Assembly: GCA_001642005.1 (NCBI GenBank)
Contig: LWCA01000019.1
Span: forward strand, 17,563 to 81,562
Source of the DNA: Intoshia linei
Taxonomy: Eukaryota; Animalia; Orthonectida
Reading direction: 5' to 3'
Length of the DNA: 64,000 nt
The translations under genes and the position numbers were made by a program. The notes beneath the pieces were generated by a model, which was not told the DNA's origin, did not search any database, and saw only the letters and a program-made list of their open reading frames with translations. Position 1 is the stretch's first letter; every line of letters begins with the position of its first letter. Shown piece by piece: positions 33,701 through 46,212 of this stretch.

Positions 33701-36700
33701 AAAAACGTTTATATGATAATATTTATCTTTGAAATATAGAGGTGTATAAAAGCTTCCTATCAAATGAATCAGTGAATAACCGATATCGGCAAAATTATAA
33801 AATCCAGATTTCTATAAAAGACAAATCAAAATATAAGATGTAATATATTTATTTTGATTATATCTACTAGGTATTATCAATGATTGATATCTTGAATTTT
33901 TTGTATTCGGTAATATATATTATCACTAGATTGACTGCTATGTACTACGTACAAACAGGATCTAGCTCTACCGATGGTACATTTTTTGTTTTATTTAATG
34001 TTAATAAAATATTTCGGAAAAAAAATATATGAATACTAAAATGCTTTTTTGACCGTGAAGTCGTCACTTATCAGATTTAAATTTTGTGTATGTGTTAACA
34101 GGATACAACTGTACCACCTGTAAATTTTTTTAAAAGTAACTGTAAATTCTAGGGCTTTTTTCATTAAAAAAAGAAGGGTAATTTGGATTTTGGCCCTGAA
34201 GATATAATTTTTTTAAATTTAAATTTATGGTAATGTTTATGATTTTAAAATCCGTATCAGCGTATATATTTTTTTAAATTTTCCAACTCGTTTGATTTTT
34301 AAAGAGAGGGAGAATTAGGGTTTTTGATCGTAAGATGTGAGTTTAGGAGGTTGAAATTTATCTTATTATACGTTATGGAAAAAACTGTAATTGAAATGTG
34401 GACTTTATAAAATTCTAAGACGGGTAGTTATTTAAATAAAGTAGAACACACACACACAAACAAAAATCGCGTAGCATATTATATAAGTAAGGATATCTAT
34501 ACTCAGGGTGTCTCTCGCTTAAATATTCTCTTTTAAAATTTTACTGATTAATAAATAACTAATTTAAAATAAGCCTAAATATCACCCATAATGGTAATAT
34601 TAATAATGTACAAAAATGCAGCATATCAGAGCCTTACAGGGTCGACATTGTATAGTTTTTACCAGGCCCTGTTATCCAAAATTTTTCATCGATCACCATG
34701 CCGTCATACATTTTTAATTTGGATACAACAGTAACAATGAAAACGGCTAAGGTAGTAAAAAGCACAATCAGCGCCAATAAAAAAAGTTTTTTATATAAGG
34801 AAACTGGACCAGTTCATACCCGTTCGTCATTATTAACAAAATATTTTTTCCAACACGCGAGTGGGTTGGACATCGGTCACGGGCTTTCCAGTACCCGTTT
34901 CAAGTATATAGAGCAGATGCACAACCTGAGGCCGGGAGAGCGTTTATGTGCGGGCCTGGGCAATAATAATATCATAATACAATATATCATTTTACTTCAA
35001 ATTGAAAAGTTTAAGTCAGATGTTATTCTAGTTATCTTAGTGGAGATATTTAAAATATTTTAATCTAAAAGATACATTTTTGACTTTGTCCCAGTTAACG
35101 AGGTAAGTAATTTATTATATTACTAGGGAGAAAATAAAGTTAAAAAGTTGAATTTCTACCATAATTATTGATATATTAAATGTATAATTACTTGTTTTCT
35201 TAAACTACTTTGACGTTCTAAAATTTGAACAAATACTGTACCAACGGCTGCCTAATATTAATAATATTAAGCAGTATATAAATTTACAAATTACTTCATT
35301 GTACAATCTCAAGAGTCGTTTCATTGTTAAAAATTGAGACAAGTTCAATCCATTGTAAATACAAAGTTTTACGAATTCAGTTTTGTTTTCTATGATGGCA
35401 GTAAACGCAATTTCTTCTAAATCTTTTTGCTAAAATGCATTAAAATTTTAATATAATGATTAGAAATTACATCCCATTTAGTTTGATTTGCAAAAATTTC
35501 AGACTTTGCAATGTCTATTCTGTTCCACGCCAAAGCTAACCTCAACTGGTCCATAGTTTTTGATTTATTAACTAATTTACAATGATGAAATTTAAATATG
35601 CAAATAAAACAAACCTCTTAATAAAGCATTTAAAATTGCATAATCTACAGAATTGCCCATTCCAAACACATCAAGGCGATATACATTAATATGATCTCTT
35701 GACTGAAATATTTCTCGCATCATGTTCATGTTGTTTTCAATGTTGTTTTCAGTAAATTCCGCAATTATTCTCTTTCGACACTCTTCCCAAACAGATTTTT
35801 CAACTATAGATATCGTCCTAAATTATTCAAGTTTTACATCTTTAAATATGTAATATATTACTTTGTCATCATTTGATCGAATTCATTTCGCAGTTTAACT
35901 TCACTTTCAACAGAGTTTTCGTAAACATAGCATATTATATCTGCTGCCCTTCCTGAACCCTAAATGGAAAATTAATCAAGTTATTTTTTATAAATTAGCT
36001 TATCCCTCGTAAAAAAGGTACCAAATGACGTTTATTAAGTTAATGTTAGGTAATAATGATTATGGCGAGGAGAATTACTTCTACAATCACAGCTGGAATT
36101 TGGTTGTGTATGGCTCCAGCAACAGTCTCTAGTGTACCTACTCCACCTTCCAGAACAACCATTACCACCGGAATCGAGAAATTATTATAATCATCGTCAT
36201 ACATATTTGAAATTCCTGCTTCCAATCTATTCCTCAAGTTTATTTCACCTCTAAATTTTAGCTCTGTTCCATTGTCAACCAAAATAAAGTGGGAATGATT
36301 TGGGTCCAATGGACTATCTCCTTTCTTTGCTTTTCCATCTCCAGTGTATTTTATAGGATATGATCCCTAATTTTTTTTATTAATCTTTATATTACATTTT
36401 TATTATAATTTACATTTGCATTAATCAATAATTCCTTGTTTCTAACAGTACCCCAAGGCGCAATTCCAATATTAACAATTTTGTTTTTATTTCCATGAAT
36501 TAGGGTGTATTCTTTAACGGCAGACCCAACAAACTTCATTACACCTGTATTTAAACCTCCAGTTATAATCCAAGATCCTAAAATTATATTTATAAAAATT
36601 TATATTACAATATATACACTTCTACATGACGCATAATAGTACGAGCACTATAAATGTAATATATTATGAAATGTATTATTATTATATTTTTATATAAATA

Positions 36701-38852
36701 ATATATAATAAATTCAGTAGTGTTGAGAGTTATTATGAACCTACAGCCGATATAGAACCATCGTATTAATATCGAATTATCAAAAAAAATTTAATCTTGA
36801 AACAAGCATTCTAATGATTATTACACCGTTACTACACTGATACTGTATATTAGTTATACCACCATTCATATTCAAAAAATTTTGATAGGCTGAATTATAA
36901 CTGCTACTTATAATATATACTAAATAATTATTAATTATAAAAGAAGGTTTCAACTAATCATCTCTACATTAAAAATTTAGTTTAATTTCGTAAACAGAAA
37001 TATATTATTTGACACTTCGTGTTACTTTTTAAGAAAAACATTTTTATTTTTATGTAAAGATTGCGAAAATCTATCTCAAATTTATAAAAAACTCAGTTCT
37101 TTTAAAGTTAATATTATTATTATTTATTTCTCAAAGAATTGTTGTATCACAAATTCTAGTTTATCTTGACTTTTTGGTATATCAAAGCATTACATTTTTT
37201 AAGATCATCTTATTTATTTTTTTCAGATGGATTTATCCAAATCCAATGTATAAAGGTCTGATATCGCAGGCATAGTATAGTTATTAGATATAACAAAATT
37301 TACCGGTGGTTGCTGCAGCACATGTAATTCCTCTATTAAATTGTTCCGTAAGATGAGGATTCATACTAAAAGATTTAGCACCTCCAGTAACAGAAATGAT
37401 GAGATTTGGTCTGTCCAGATTCCAATAATCATTTAATAATTCCAATAAATCAGATACTTCGTCATTTGAATGACAACGTACAAACTATTTAATTTTATTG
37501 TAAATCAGTCGTTTTTAATAGTGATAATTACTCACTGAGAAGAATTGGACCATTATAAAAAAATGTCATTTTTTTAATTTTTTTATTTATATTTTCTCAA
37601 ATCCTCTTAAACAATATATTTTCGTTCATCAAATTTGACAACTTTTTTTATATAAAATGATGATACGTCCTAGTTTGTCTTTAGAGTTGTTTTTATATTA
37701 ATAAGGAATACTAATTGATCATATTTATACATGTCACTACAATAAAAAAGTTTTCCTTTGATACAGTACCGTTTTAAATTAAAATTTAATGCCGGATTGA
37801 GTCAGACAAAATTATTTATTATTGGCAAAACATTTTCCATTTTGTTACATTATTTTGACCGTGGTTTGTTAAACGGGGTCGTTCCATGTCACAGTTTAGA
37901 TACAAATAAGTGTATCAAATTAAAATGTATAGTAATTTTATATTTGGCACATGAAAAAAGTATAATGTAAGGGAGGAGTGAGCCAAAGTAAGTTGAGAAC
38001 CAATGTTATAGATGGTTACTATTATTGTGTTCAAATTTACTGTAGTTATCTTATAAATTATCATTTGATACAATCTATACAATAAACTTTAAGCTACAAC
38101 TCAAAACCGGGTCAAAACCGAAAAATATGAATACTTTGCTAACAGAGTTTCCATTTCTCACAAATTGGATGTCTCCATAAGCGTTTGTTTTTTGAGTTAT
38201 CGTATGTAATTCTGTTTGCCATTCAGTAGATGGAGGTAATTCACCCTGTATGGTTTGATGCGCTTCCTTGGTTCTTCCGCATTTGCATATACTATCAGAG
38301 TTTCTAAAAAATACTTATCAATAAAAATAATAATTGCATCACCAAATTCGGTACACAAATTTTAACAAAATAAAATTAAATGGGAAAAATTCACTTTAAA
38401 TTAAAAGGTAATGACCAGTCCACGGTGAAAAAAGTTTGATAATAGTGACTAGTAGCATTCTTAAGTAAAATTTGACATTAAATGTCAAATTTTGTATTAT
38501 TAAATTTATTTTGTTAGCACGAATTAAAGAACAGTCAAGCTAGTTGTTTATAAAATTGATATCTAATTGTAGTTGATACTGCACAATTTATGCATACAAA
38601 TGGGGTTTAATAAACCATACTGACTAATTAGATTAGTTTTACAATGAAATAATAAAATAAATACGATGTCATTACACCAATAAATCAGGTATGAAATAAA
38701 CACAAGTGCACATTTCAATATTGGACCGAATATATAAAGCTTCTCTCTAAATTAAATTATATTAAAAAATTATTTAGGTTTACCGTTAATTGTACCGATT
38801 CCTTAGGTTGAGAATCATAATCCAATACAATCGATACATTGGATCGCGACAT
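21732..38852 (-). CDS. TRPM2: TRPM2 cation channel with C-terminal NUDT9-homology domain (multi-exon)
   Basis: ATG at 38852. MHR motifs: [78 protein letters not shown] region: EEIRQ, DVWN.LD, LGPKV.MIGRM, pore [22 protein letters not shown] box WHFSR..PPP. NUDT9-H: [40 protein letters not shown]...DAHF-TAA at 21732. Confidence 0.95.
23389..23797. mobile_element. hAT-type MITE
   Basis: aagtggtttcaaaa ... ttggtaaccactg with perfect 8-bp TSD atctatac. Confidence 0.8.
24032..24521 (+). mobile_element. Complete non-autonomous Helitron (~490 bp)
   Basis: Inserted between A and T with no TSD. 5' TCcttacttatataat with a (TG)n tract. 3' hairpin ctgtttgtac-gta-gtacataacag followed by CTAG. Confidence 0.9.
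25973..26755. mobile_element. hAT-type MITE containing a Helitron fragment (~26140-26520)
   Basis: TIR taggattggcaat / attgccaaccta. Perfect TSD atacacac. Confidence 0.8.
26990..27817. mobile_element. pogo/Tigger-type MITE (TA TSD)
   Basis: TA-cagtctaagtccttattaacggaa ... ttccgttaataagcacttagactg-TA, 23/24 TIR match. Confidence 0.85.
27082..27400. mobile_element. hAT-type MITE nested in the pogo MITE
   Basis: cagaggtgtcaa ... ttgacacccctg. Perfect TSD ctctagat. Confidence 0.85.
28046..28672 (+). mobile_element. Helitron-family copy, 3'-truncated
   Basis: A|TCctttacttacataaaattgaatgtctgtatgtgtg. Reverse-colinear with 20477-21304. Confidence 0.75.
31421..32226. mobile_element. hAT-type MITE with nested Helitron 3' part (~31610-32070)
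   Basis: cacggctggc ... gccacccctg. TSD gtttatac / gtatatac. Internal gttatgtactacgtacaaac..ctagctctgccgaggg. Confidence 0.7.
33926..34493 (-). mobile_element. Complete non-autonomous Helitron
   Basis: A|CTAGattgactgctatgtactacgtacaaacag ... atataagtaagGA|T, the reverse-complement counterpart of 24032-24521. Confidence 0.9.
34698..34900 (+). pseudogene. Possible decayed pogo-family DDE transposase fragment
   Basis: [19 protein letters not shown] resembles P.RI.N.DETG.TTV.KP.KVV. Locally GC-richer than the flanks. Confidence 0.35.
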
Positions 38853-39949
38853 TAATTATTGTTGAATGACAGTTATAAATGCATTTTAAAAAATGTCTAT
38901 ATATGCTTCTTATTATATAAATACAAATATTTATAATATCCTAGAAATACAGTTGATACCGCACGGTATTTACTAATGTCAAAAATTATATACTGTATAG
39001 AAATGTAAAATTACATTGAACATTGTAATTTTACATTCAAATATCATGAATTTAATATATTTTATTTTAGTATAACGCGGATTAGACGGGCCAGTTAAGT
39101 AGCATGTGATCCATGTAAATTTTACAAATTCCACCTGTTTAACATTAGATACCGAGCACAAAACACTTTTTCATTGTATATATTTTACAATTAAACCTGA
39201 CAATAGTGAACAAAAATCAGTTGATTTTATGCATAAAATACAGAGTTTATGATAATTTTTTTTAAATTCAGGTTCACTAATGTCAGGGATAAAATATATG
39301 AAAAAATACAAAAAAGTTCAATTATAATTATACAAAATAAAAGTACTTGTAATATACCTGTTAAACGCTAATTTTAAATTAAACTAAATTTTACATTTAT
39401 ATTGATACATTTTAATATGCAAAAGTATTTGTACAATGTATATTGTACATACTATTAATATTAAGAGCTTGACTATTCTTTAATTCGTACCCAAAAAATC
39501 AATTTAATAATACAAATTACTGTTTTTTACTTCATGCAAACAACACCTAGAATGCTACTTTTCATAAAAATTCTACTATTCACTATTACCAATCCTTTGA
39601 ATTATAATTTGTTTGGTGATAATTTCTACCAATGTTGAATATGTCTGAATGAGAGATTCCGATTCTGGTATATTCAATATTCAATATAGTAAATGTCATC
39701 TGCCATTACCCCATTGTACATGTGGTATTACTTTCATTAAACGACATATTAACGTAAAGATCATATATATTTTCAACTGATATTTATACTGTTGTTTCTA
39801 AACAATGTGGCGGTTACATCGGTCTAAAGTCAGACTCTTAACGTTTGTACATCTAGCCTGAACCAATTTTATTACAAAATTTTAAATACATTTGAAAGTG
39901 CGTTATTTTTACGTTTATACTCATTAAAACTGTCAAACACAAATACAAA

Positions 39950-40888
39950 ATGCAACTTAACAACATTACTCAAAACTCTGAATTGACGATGCCGTATCAA
40001 ATAAAAATGCAAAATTGGAACTTTGAAGATTTAATAATATATTTAATGGGAATAATTGGAGTGATGGCTGCAATATCTTCAATTATATCAACAATAGTAA
40101 TGTGGGGACAAATTTGGACAAAAAATAGGATATCTGCATTATGCTTCATAAACATAAACATTGCCAGTATAATGTTAATTATTTTTTCTGAAGTTTTTAC
40201 AATTATAAAAAGTTATCAAAACGGATGGACATTTGGAATTTATTTATGTAAATTTTACACTTTTTCACGCATATCTCTATTAAATTCAGGTATGCACATG
40301 TTTTTGTGGTATTGTTTGATAAAAATTTTGATACATGAATGTGAACAATTCAAAAAAAAATTTTTCAAATTTTATTCTCCATTTTATTATTCCTTGTCAT
40401 TTTGGATTCTTAACTGTTTGATGCACTTATTTTACATTTTCACGGTTGGTGTAGTTGAAAATGACTGTACCTTTATAGTGAAACCAAAATTATTTTGTCT
40501 TTTTTATTGCTGCTTGTTTGTAATGTTTAGTTTTGGATCATTTTTTTTTATAAATGCAAATTGCCTTGCTTTGTCTAAACCTAAATTCGAAAGACTATTG
40601 ATTAATAATCAAAAATTAATATTCAATAACCTGACTATTGATGTTTTAACGTGGATTATAATATTCATGTGCAATTCTCCCTACATGATTTATTACACTG
40701 CATTTTACACTGTCAAAAAAACTAATGCATCAATGATATTACTTTGTATAGTATTTTTGCAACCCATCCTTTTATTGATAATGTACATGACTCATAAAGA
40801 TCATGCTGTAGAATTACAAAATTTAATGACTCTTACTCCAGGCGATGAATATTTAATTTCCAAGAATACAATCATAATTTCATGCTAA
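39950..40888 (+). CDS. Divergent rhodopsin-like (class A) GPCR, single exon, 312 aa
   Basis: Uninterrupted 939-nt ORF in AT-rich DNA with seven hydrophobic segments. GWTFGIYLCK (WxFG..LCK, ECL1/TM3), a TM4 Trp, an ECL2 Cys, CNSPY in TM6, QP in TM7, and an N-terminal NIT sequon. Confidence 0.85.
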   Translation: MQLNNITQNSELTMPYQIKMQNWNFEDLIIYLMGIIGVMAAISSIISTIVMWGQIWTKNRISALCFININIASIMLIIFSEVFTIIKSYQNGWTFGIYLCKFYTFSRISLLNSGMHMFLWYCLIKILIHECEQFKKKFFKFYSPFYYSLSFWILNCLMHLFYIFTVGVVENDCTFIVKPKLFCLFYCCLFVMFSFGSFFFINANCLALSKPKFERLLINNQKLIFNNLTIDVLTWIIIFMCNSPYMIYYTAFYTVKKTNASMILLCIVFLQPILLLIMYMTHKDHAVELQNLMTLTPGDEYLISKNTIIISC

Positions 40889-41309
40889 TCTAAAAAGCTG
40901 AATGAGTTGACAATGACAACCTTTCATATATTATGTATTATTAAATGTTTAATGATATTTAATATTTTTATATTATTATAATCGGAGAGCGATGGGCATT
41001 GACCAATGGGCATATGTCGAGTTTTTTTTATCATCTATCGAGATAATATTAAAATTCAGTAGTTTATAGAATTTTTATATTTTAAATGGTATTTAACAAT
41101 GCCCAGTGGTCACCAAACCACACCCCACTATGGAAATTCTGTTAATATTTAAAAATATACATTACTCCAATTAATTTAAAATAATTATTTAAATAACAAC
41201 TGTAAACAGTCGACCCTATTAAGCTCGAGACCACGCTCTAGAATTAACAATATGGCAAAAAAAATTTTTGCAAACGATGCGACTTTAGAATATCTGCTAG
41301 TTTTCATGA

Positions 41310-41791
41310 ATTAAATTTTGATTTAAAATTCCTTATTATACCGAGATCCATTGGCTCAGAAGATCAGTTGAGTTTGAATGTAAAAATATTATTTCAACAT
41401 TGTTTAATTTCATTATCACTTTATGATATGGGCAATTATAATAAATTTTATTTTTTTATAGACTTTTTTATTTTGTATTCTTTTAATCAAAATCAATAAA
41501 CCAAGTATTAAATAGTGTTATATTTATCCATGCCTTAAAGGAATTTTTATAATCCACATATTTATTAACATCGAATTTAGCGAATGCTCGTGGTCTTTTT
41601 CCTTTGCTTATCATTAGTAGCGGCATTTTTATATCACAATCCATGTTAGCACAGAGAATTATGCTAACACGGTCTTTCAACAATTTAAAGCCAGGTTGTT
41701 TCTTTGAGCATATTGATCATGGGAACATATTTTCGTGTAAATATTTTATTATTCTATATTTTTCTTCGTTAGTTAATCGAGTGTATTTCAT
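41310..41791 (-). mobile_element. pogo/Tigger (CENP-B-like DDE_1) transposase relic, internally deleted
   Basis: MKYTRLTNEEKYRII (HTH start) is fused to KDRVSIILCAN..KMPLLMISK.KRPRAF..KAWIN..LFNTW, then NCPYH..LNNVEIIFL..PMDLGIIRNFK, with stops and frameshifts. Confidence 0.85.
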
Positions 41792-42019
41792 TATTTTATT
41801 ATTATTAATAATAAACGTCGCAAATTTATTTAAAATAGACATGATAGAAAATGTATGTTTCCGATATAAACAATGAAACAAAACTTGTTTCTACATTAAA
41901 AATTAATAAAAAAAAAACATTACAATTACCATTTTAATTAGAGTGTCCAAATTTTATAAGTACTAAATAAATACTTTTCGAAATGTCTTAAAAACAAAAA
42001 GAACAATAAAATTTGAAAT

Positions 42020-42169
42020 TTAACCCTTTCACTGTCTGTGTATTCTATACTATACACAGCATAATTTTGAAAAACTTTATTATTTTATTTTCATACATTT
42101 TCACATAGGCAATTTAAAAATTATACAAGTTTAAATTAAAACATAAATTCCAGACAGTGAAAGGGTTAA
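42020..42169. mobile_element. piggyBac-type MITE
   Basis: Perfect 15-bp TIR ccctttcactgtctg / cagacagtgaaaggg flanked by TTAA. Confidence 0.9.
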
Positions 42170-42988
42170 AAAAAATTAACAATTTAAAATATGAAATTTA
42201 AATGTTAATTTTATTGGTATTTATCATTGCAAATTATTTTTTTACATAATTCACTATGATTTTGCAAATGTTAGTAAAAATCAATAAACTCTCTATACAA
42301 TTATAATTTTTTGGGGCATAATTAAAAAATAATTAATTTTTATTAATTAATAAATTTGAAGTGATCCAAATTAAACGATATAAAGTGTGTTTGTATAAAA
42401 TATAAAACAATAATTAGATAAAACAACTAATTAAATTTATTAAAATTTCACTTTATTAAGAAAGTGAAAAATTACAAGTAAAATATTGACTAAAATTATC
42501 TACAGTATTTATGAGTACTTAATTGTATGAATGTCAAAAACAATTTAAAAATAAGTACTTATGGACACACTATTTTAATTGATGTTTCCGATTATCAAAG
42601 TCAATTATTTTGGTTAGATTAGTTATTTAATCACATAATTATTTACTTGTTAATTAGTTAGTTATATGAAACGATTATAAAATAAAAAATTCAATTTAGT
42701 ACATATAAAATTTGATATTTATATATTTTTCATCAGAAATTTTGGGCGAATAACGGACTTGGGCGAGAATTGAATTTTAATATAGATGTACTATATAAAT
42801 AAAAATTAACCGGACAAATAAGGGAGGTTATACTGTATGTTAATTTGTATTAATTCTTTCATGCTAAAATATCACTAAAATTGGTGACTCAATTGTTATA
42901 TTTTTGAAATATAAGTTTATTTTCAGGCAACTCTGTAACAACTATAAAACAACATTAATTTTGAATATTATATATATTTACTTACTCA

Positions 42989-45900
42989 ATGCAGGATGTT
43001 AAAAACTTAATTCAAAGCAAAGTGCTAGATGTTGCGACATACCTTACTCCTGTTTTAAAGGTAAATGTATCAAAATGTGTAACTTCAATCAACATTAGTT
43101 AATTTTATTTATTATTTAATTATAAAGGTTTTGATTTTAAAACTCCAATCTACCCTTACCGGTTGGCCACTACGCGTTAATGATGGAATTAATAAATAAA
43201 TGAAAAAAAAATATAATATAGAATATATGTAATAACAGTTCACCAACCCTTAAGGAAAAAATTAAGTTTTGCCAACCGCAAAAGGAAAAATCTAGTTTTA
43301 CCAACTATGACATTTGATTCTAAAACACACTCTCTTTTCATTTTGTGTATTGAATTAGATTGCTTTATACAACCATGAAATTCCATTTAATTTACAAAAT
43401 GTCAGTCGGTATGCTTATCAAGCCTTACTTCCTTGTTAATTTATTTTTTTAACCAATGACTAAACCAACTAATGTGATACAATATGTAAAAAATGTTGGG
43501 AAACACTGCTCTAAACTAAAACTTCTAGTATAAAATTTGATGATAAATAATTTTTTTAAATGTTTTTTATATAAATTTCAAGTGATTTAAAACATAAAAA
43601 ACAAGCAAAATAAACAAAATTTTTCATTAAAAAAATGAAAATAAAAAGATAGTGTGAAAACCGTTAATAACAAAAAAACACATTATTTTAAACATTAGTA
43701 ATGTCGAATACACAACTTTTAGTGATTTGCATAATAAATTGATACACTGTGCAGTGCACATATATTATACATTAACATTAATGTTTATTAATACATTATA
43801 TACTATTTACTATGTATTATGAAACTTAAAATTATTAAATTCATCTTAGGATTCAAAGTTTCGTGAAACTGGACGAATTACACCAGATGAGGTTTTTTAT
43901 CAATACGAAAAAATTTTTCATTTAAAAGTATACATCAAAGTGACCAGCGAATTGTTTACTAATATATTTTAAAAAACATTGATTTTCAGAAATATTATAA
44001 TTACCACTCTACCTAGCATTAATTTAAATTTTTTAGAAATAATTCTCTTTCTGTACTAATTATTCTCAACTTGTCACTTTTTGGATTTTTTTTATTATAT
44101 TTTGACTTTATAAAATACTTTATTTATTATAATATTTTTAATTGGCGTAATATTCATATCATGATACTAGTAATAATTTTCTGATTAATCTGTGAAATTT
44201 TAACTTTGGACTTATCAATCGTATTAATCAAACGTATTATTGATGATTTTTTTTATTTTTCTGTGAAAGAAATTTTTATTACATTTCCCTTCAATACTGT
44301 CCGAAGTATACACGTTTATAATCTCGTCAACACGACCCGAAGTTTGTGCTCGGTCGTACAGAATCGTGCTTCTGTCCGTGTTGTAGAACTCCAATATTTA
44401 CATTGTACAACTCAAAGCCTTCCATTGATATTTTGCTATCGTTAAGCTTAAACTGTAAAAATAAAAATATCAAAAATCATAAATAAAATATTCTGTCCTT
44501 AGTATTTAATTATTTATTAATTATAATAAAAAATTAATCATTTTATATGATGGATTTAAGCTAAAACTAAATAGATTTGCAGAAATTTTATTTAAATAAA
44601 ATTATTTAGTTTGTTGCGGCAGGAGATCACCTCGTTTACCACTGCCCTACCTGGAAATGGTTTGCTGGAATTCCAGCTAACAAGAAATCTTATCTACCTG
44701 ATGAGAAGCAATTTTTAATTACTAATCATGGTTATTTTTAAATTATTTAAAGTTCAATATCTTTCAGTATTTACCAAAGTGATTTAAGTTTAATACAGTA
44801 GAAGCTATAACAACACTTTCCATTAAAATACTTTATACTATATGTTAAAAATTCATATTCAATTGTAACAATCTTTCTAGTAAATGTATAGAAAATCAAT
44901 TTATGTACAACAATTTAAATTAAATGTACATTTTTTTAAATTTTAAAAAAAGTTGAAAACGTATTTGTTTAGAATCTAAATTTTAGATTAACATATTTCA
45001 CCAAAACTAGCATATTCTTATATTTATGAAAAATATCGATCAATAACCTATATTTTATCATCCACTGTTTGTAAAAAAGAAACCGTAAGGACTAATGTGT
45101 TAAAAAATTAAAAACTTTGTAAACCACTGATATATTTTATAACATTAGTGCCCTGTCACAGTAGAATCAAAACATTAAACAGTCACGACCTTAATTATGA
45201 AAAAAAATTGGATGGAGAATTTGAAGATTGGATTGATACCCATTTTTATGCTCGTATTTTTAAAAATATTTTTAAATAATGATAAACTACAGTGACATTC
45301 TCTTTCTATAGATTAAATTTTATAAATTAGCTCAAGAAAATACTGTTTCTAAAGATTTGGAAATATCTCAAATTGAGCCAGTTGCAGAAAATAATTCTTC
45401 AGATAGTGAAGATGCGTTAGATATGGACGATTTTATGAATAGTGATGAAATTAAACAAGTGGATCCAGTAAGTATCTGTTTAGCCTGAAACCCCTTTAAG
45501 TAAATTTATTATTTTTGAACCCTGTCTACGAAACTTGGGTTAGGATACGATTATTAAAATTCAAAATTAGCAGGAAATGATTAATATATTTTATATTAGA
45601 GTAGATACACAATTGTAAAAAAAACTGAATCAAACAAGATTTTAAAAACTCGAACATATAATCTCAATATTACGTATGATAAATATTACCAAACTTCTAG
45701 ATTGTGGTTAGAGGGCTACAATGCTGTAATTTTTTTATGATTTGCTAAATTTATTTATTTAAGAATAAAGAATCACTTAGTCCAATTGAAATGTTTGAAG
45801 ACTTTAGTCAAGATCATGCCAACAAAACAATTACAATAGAAAAACACCCACATTCCAATAGTGTTATGGCAAGTATACATCCTTGCAAGTAAGATATAAT

Positions 45901-46134
45901 AAAACTAAATTATCAAAATTAATGATTATTTTTTTCAACAGACACGCTAATGTAATGAAACGAATGATATCATTAATGGAAGTTGCAAACAAGGAACTTA
46001 GTGTAGTAAAGTAAAAAGTTAATAAATTCATTTTAATACATTATTTTAGTTATATAATAATTTTTCTCAAATTTGTGCAATCAATTATTCCTACCATAAA
46101 TTATGATTTCACTCAAAACATTATAATGTATTGA
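42989..46134 (+). CDS. ATG3: Autophagy E2-like enzyme ATG3 (multi-exon)
   Basis: [24 protein letters not shown]|[14 protein letters not shown]|[17 protein letters not shown]. Also [16 protein letters not shown], catalytic HPCKH, and [17 protein letters not shown]...TGA. Confidence 0.95.
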
Positions 46135-46212
46135 ATTATTAAATCTTACATAAGTAATAAATTTTATAATTGTAATTATACGTTATTCATTCGTAAATGG
46201 TATATTATAATA

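Noticed and set aside
16355-40888. MINPP1-TRPM2-GPCR as an inositol/Ca2+ signalling gene cluster
   Set aside because: MINPP1 is disrupted, and adjacency in a compact animal genome is not evidence of a shared pathway.
44328-44383. Hammerhead ribozyme, SRP Alu domain or U1 identity for the structured island
   Set aside because: No CUGANGA/GAAA core, the loops are not complementary, and there is no ACUUACCUG 5' end. Kept only as an unidentified structure.
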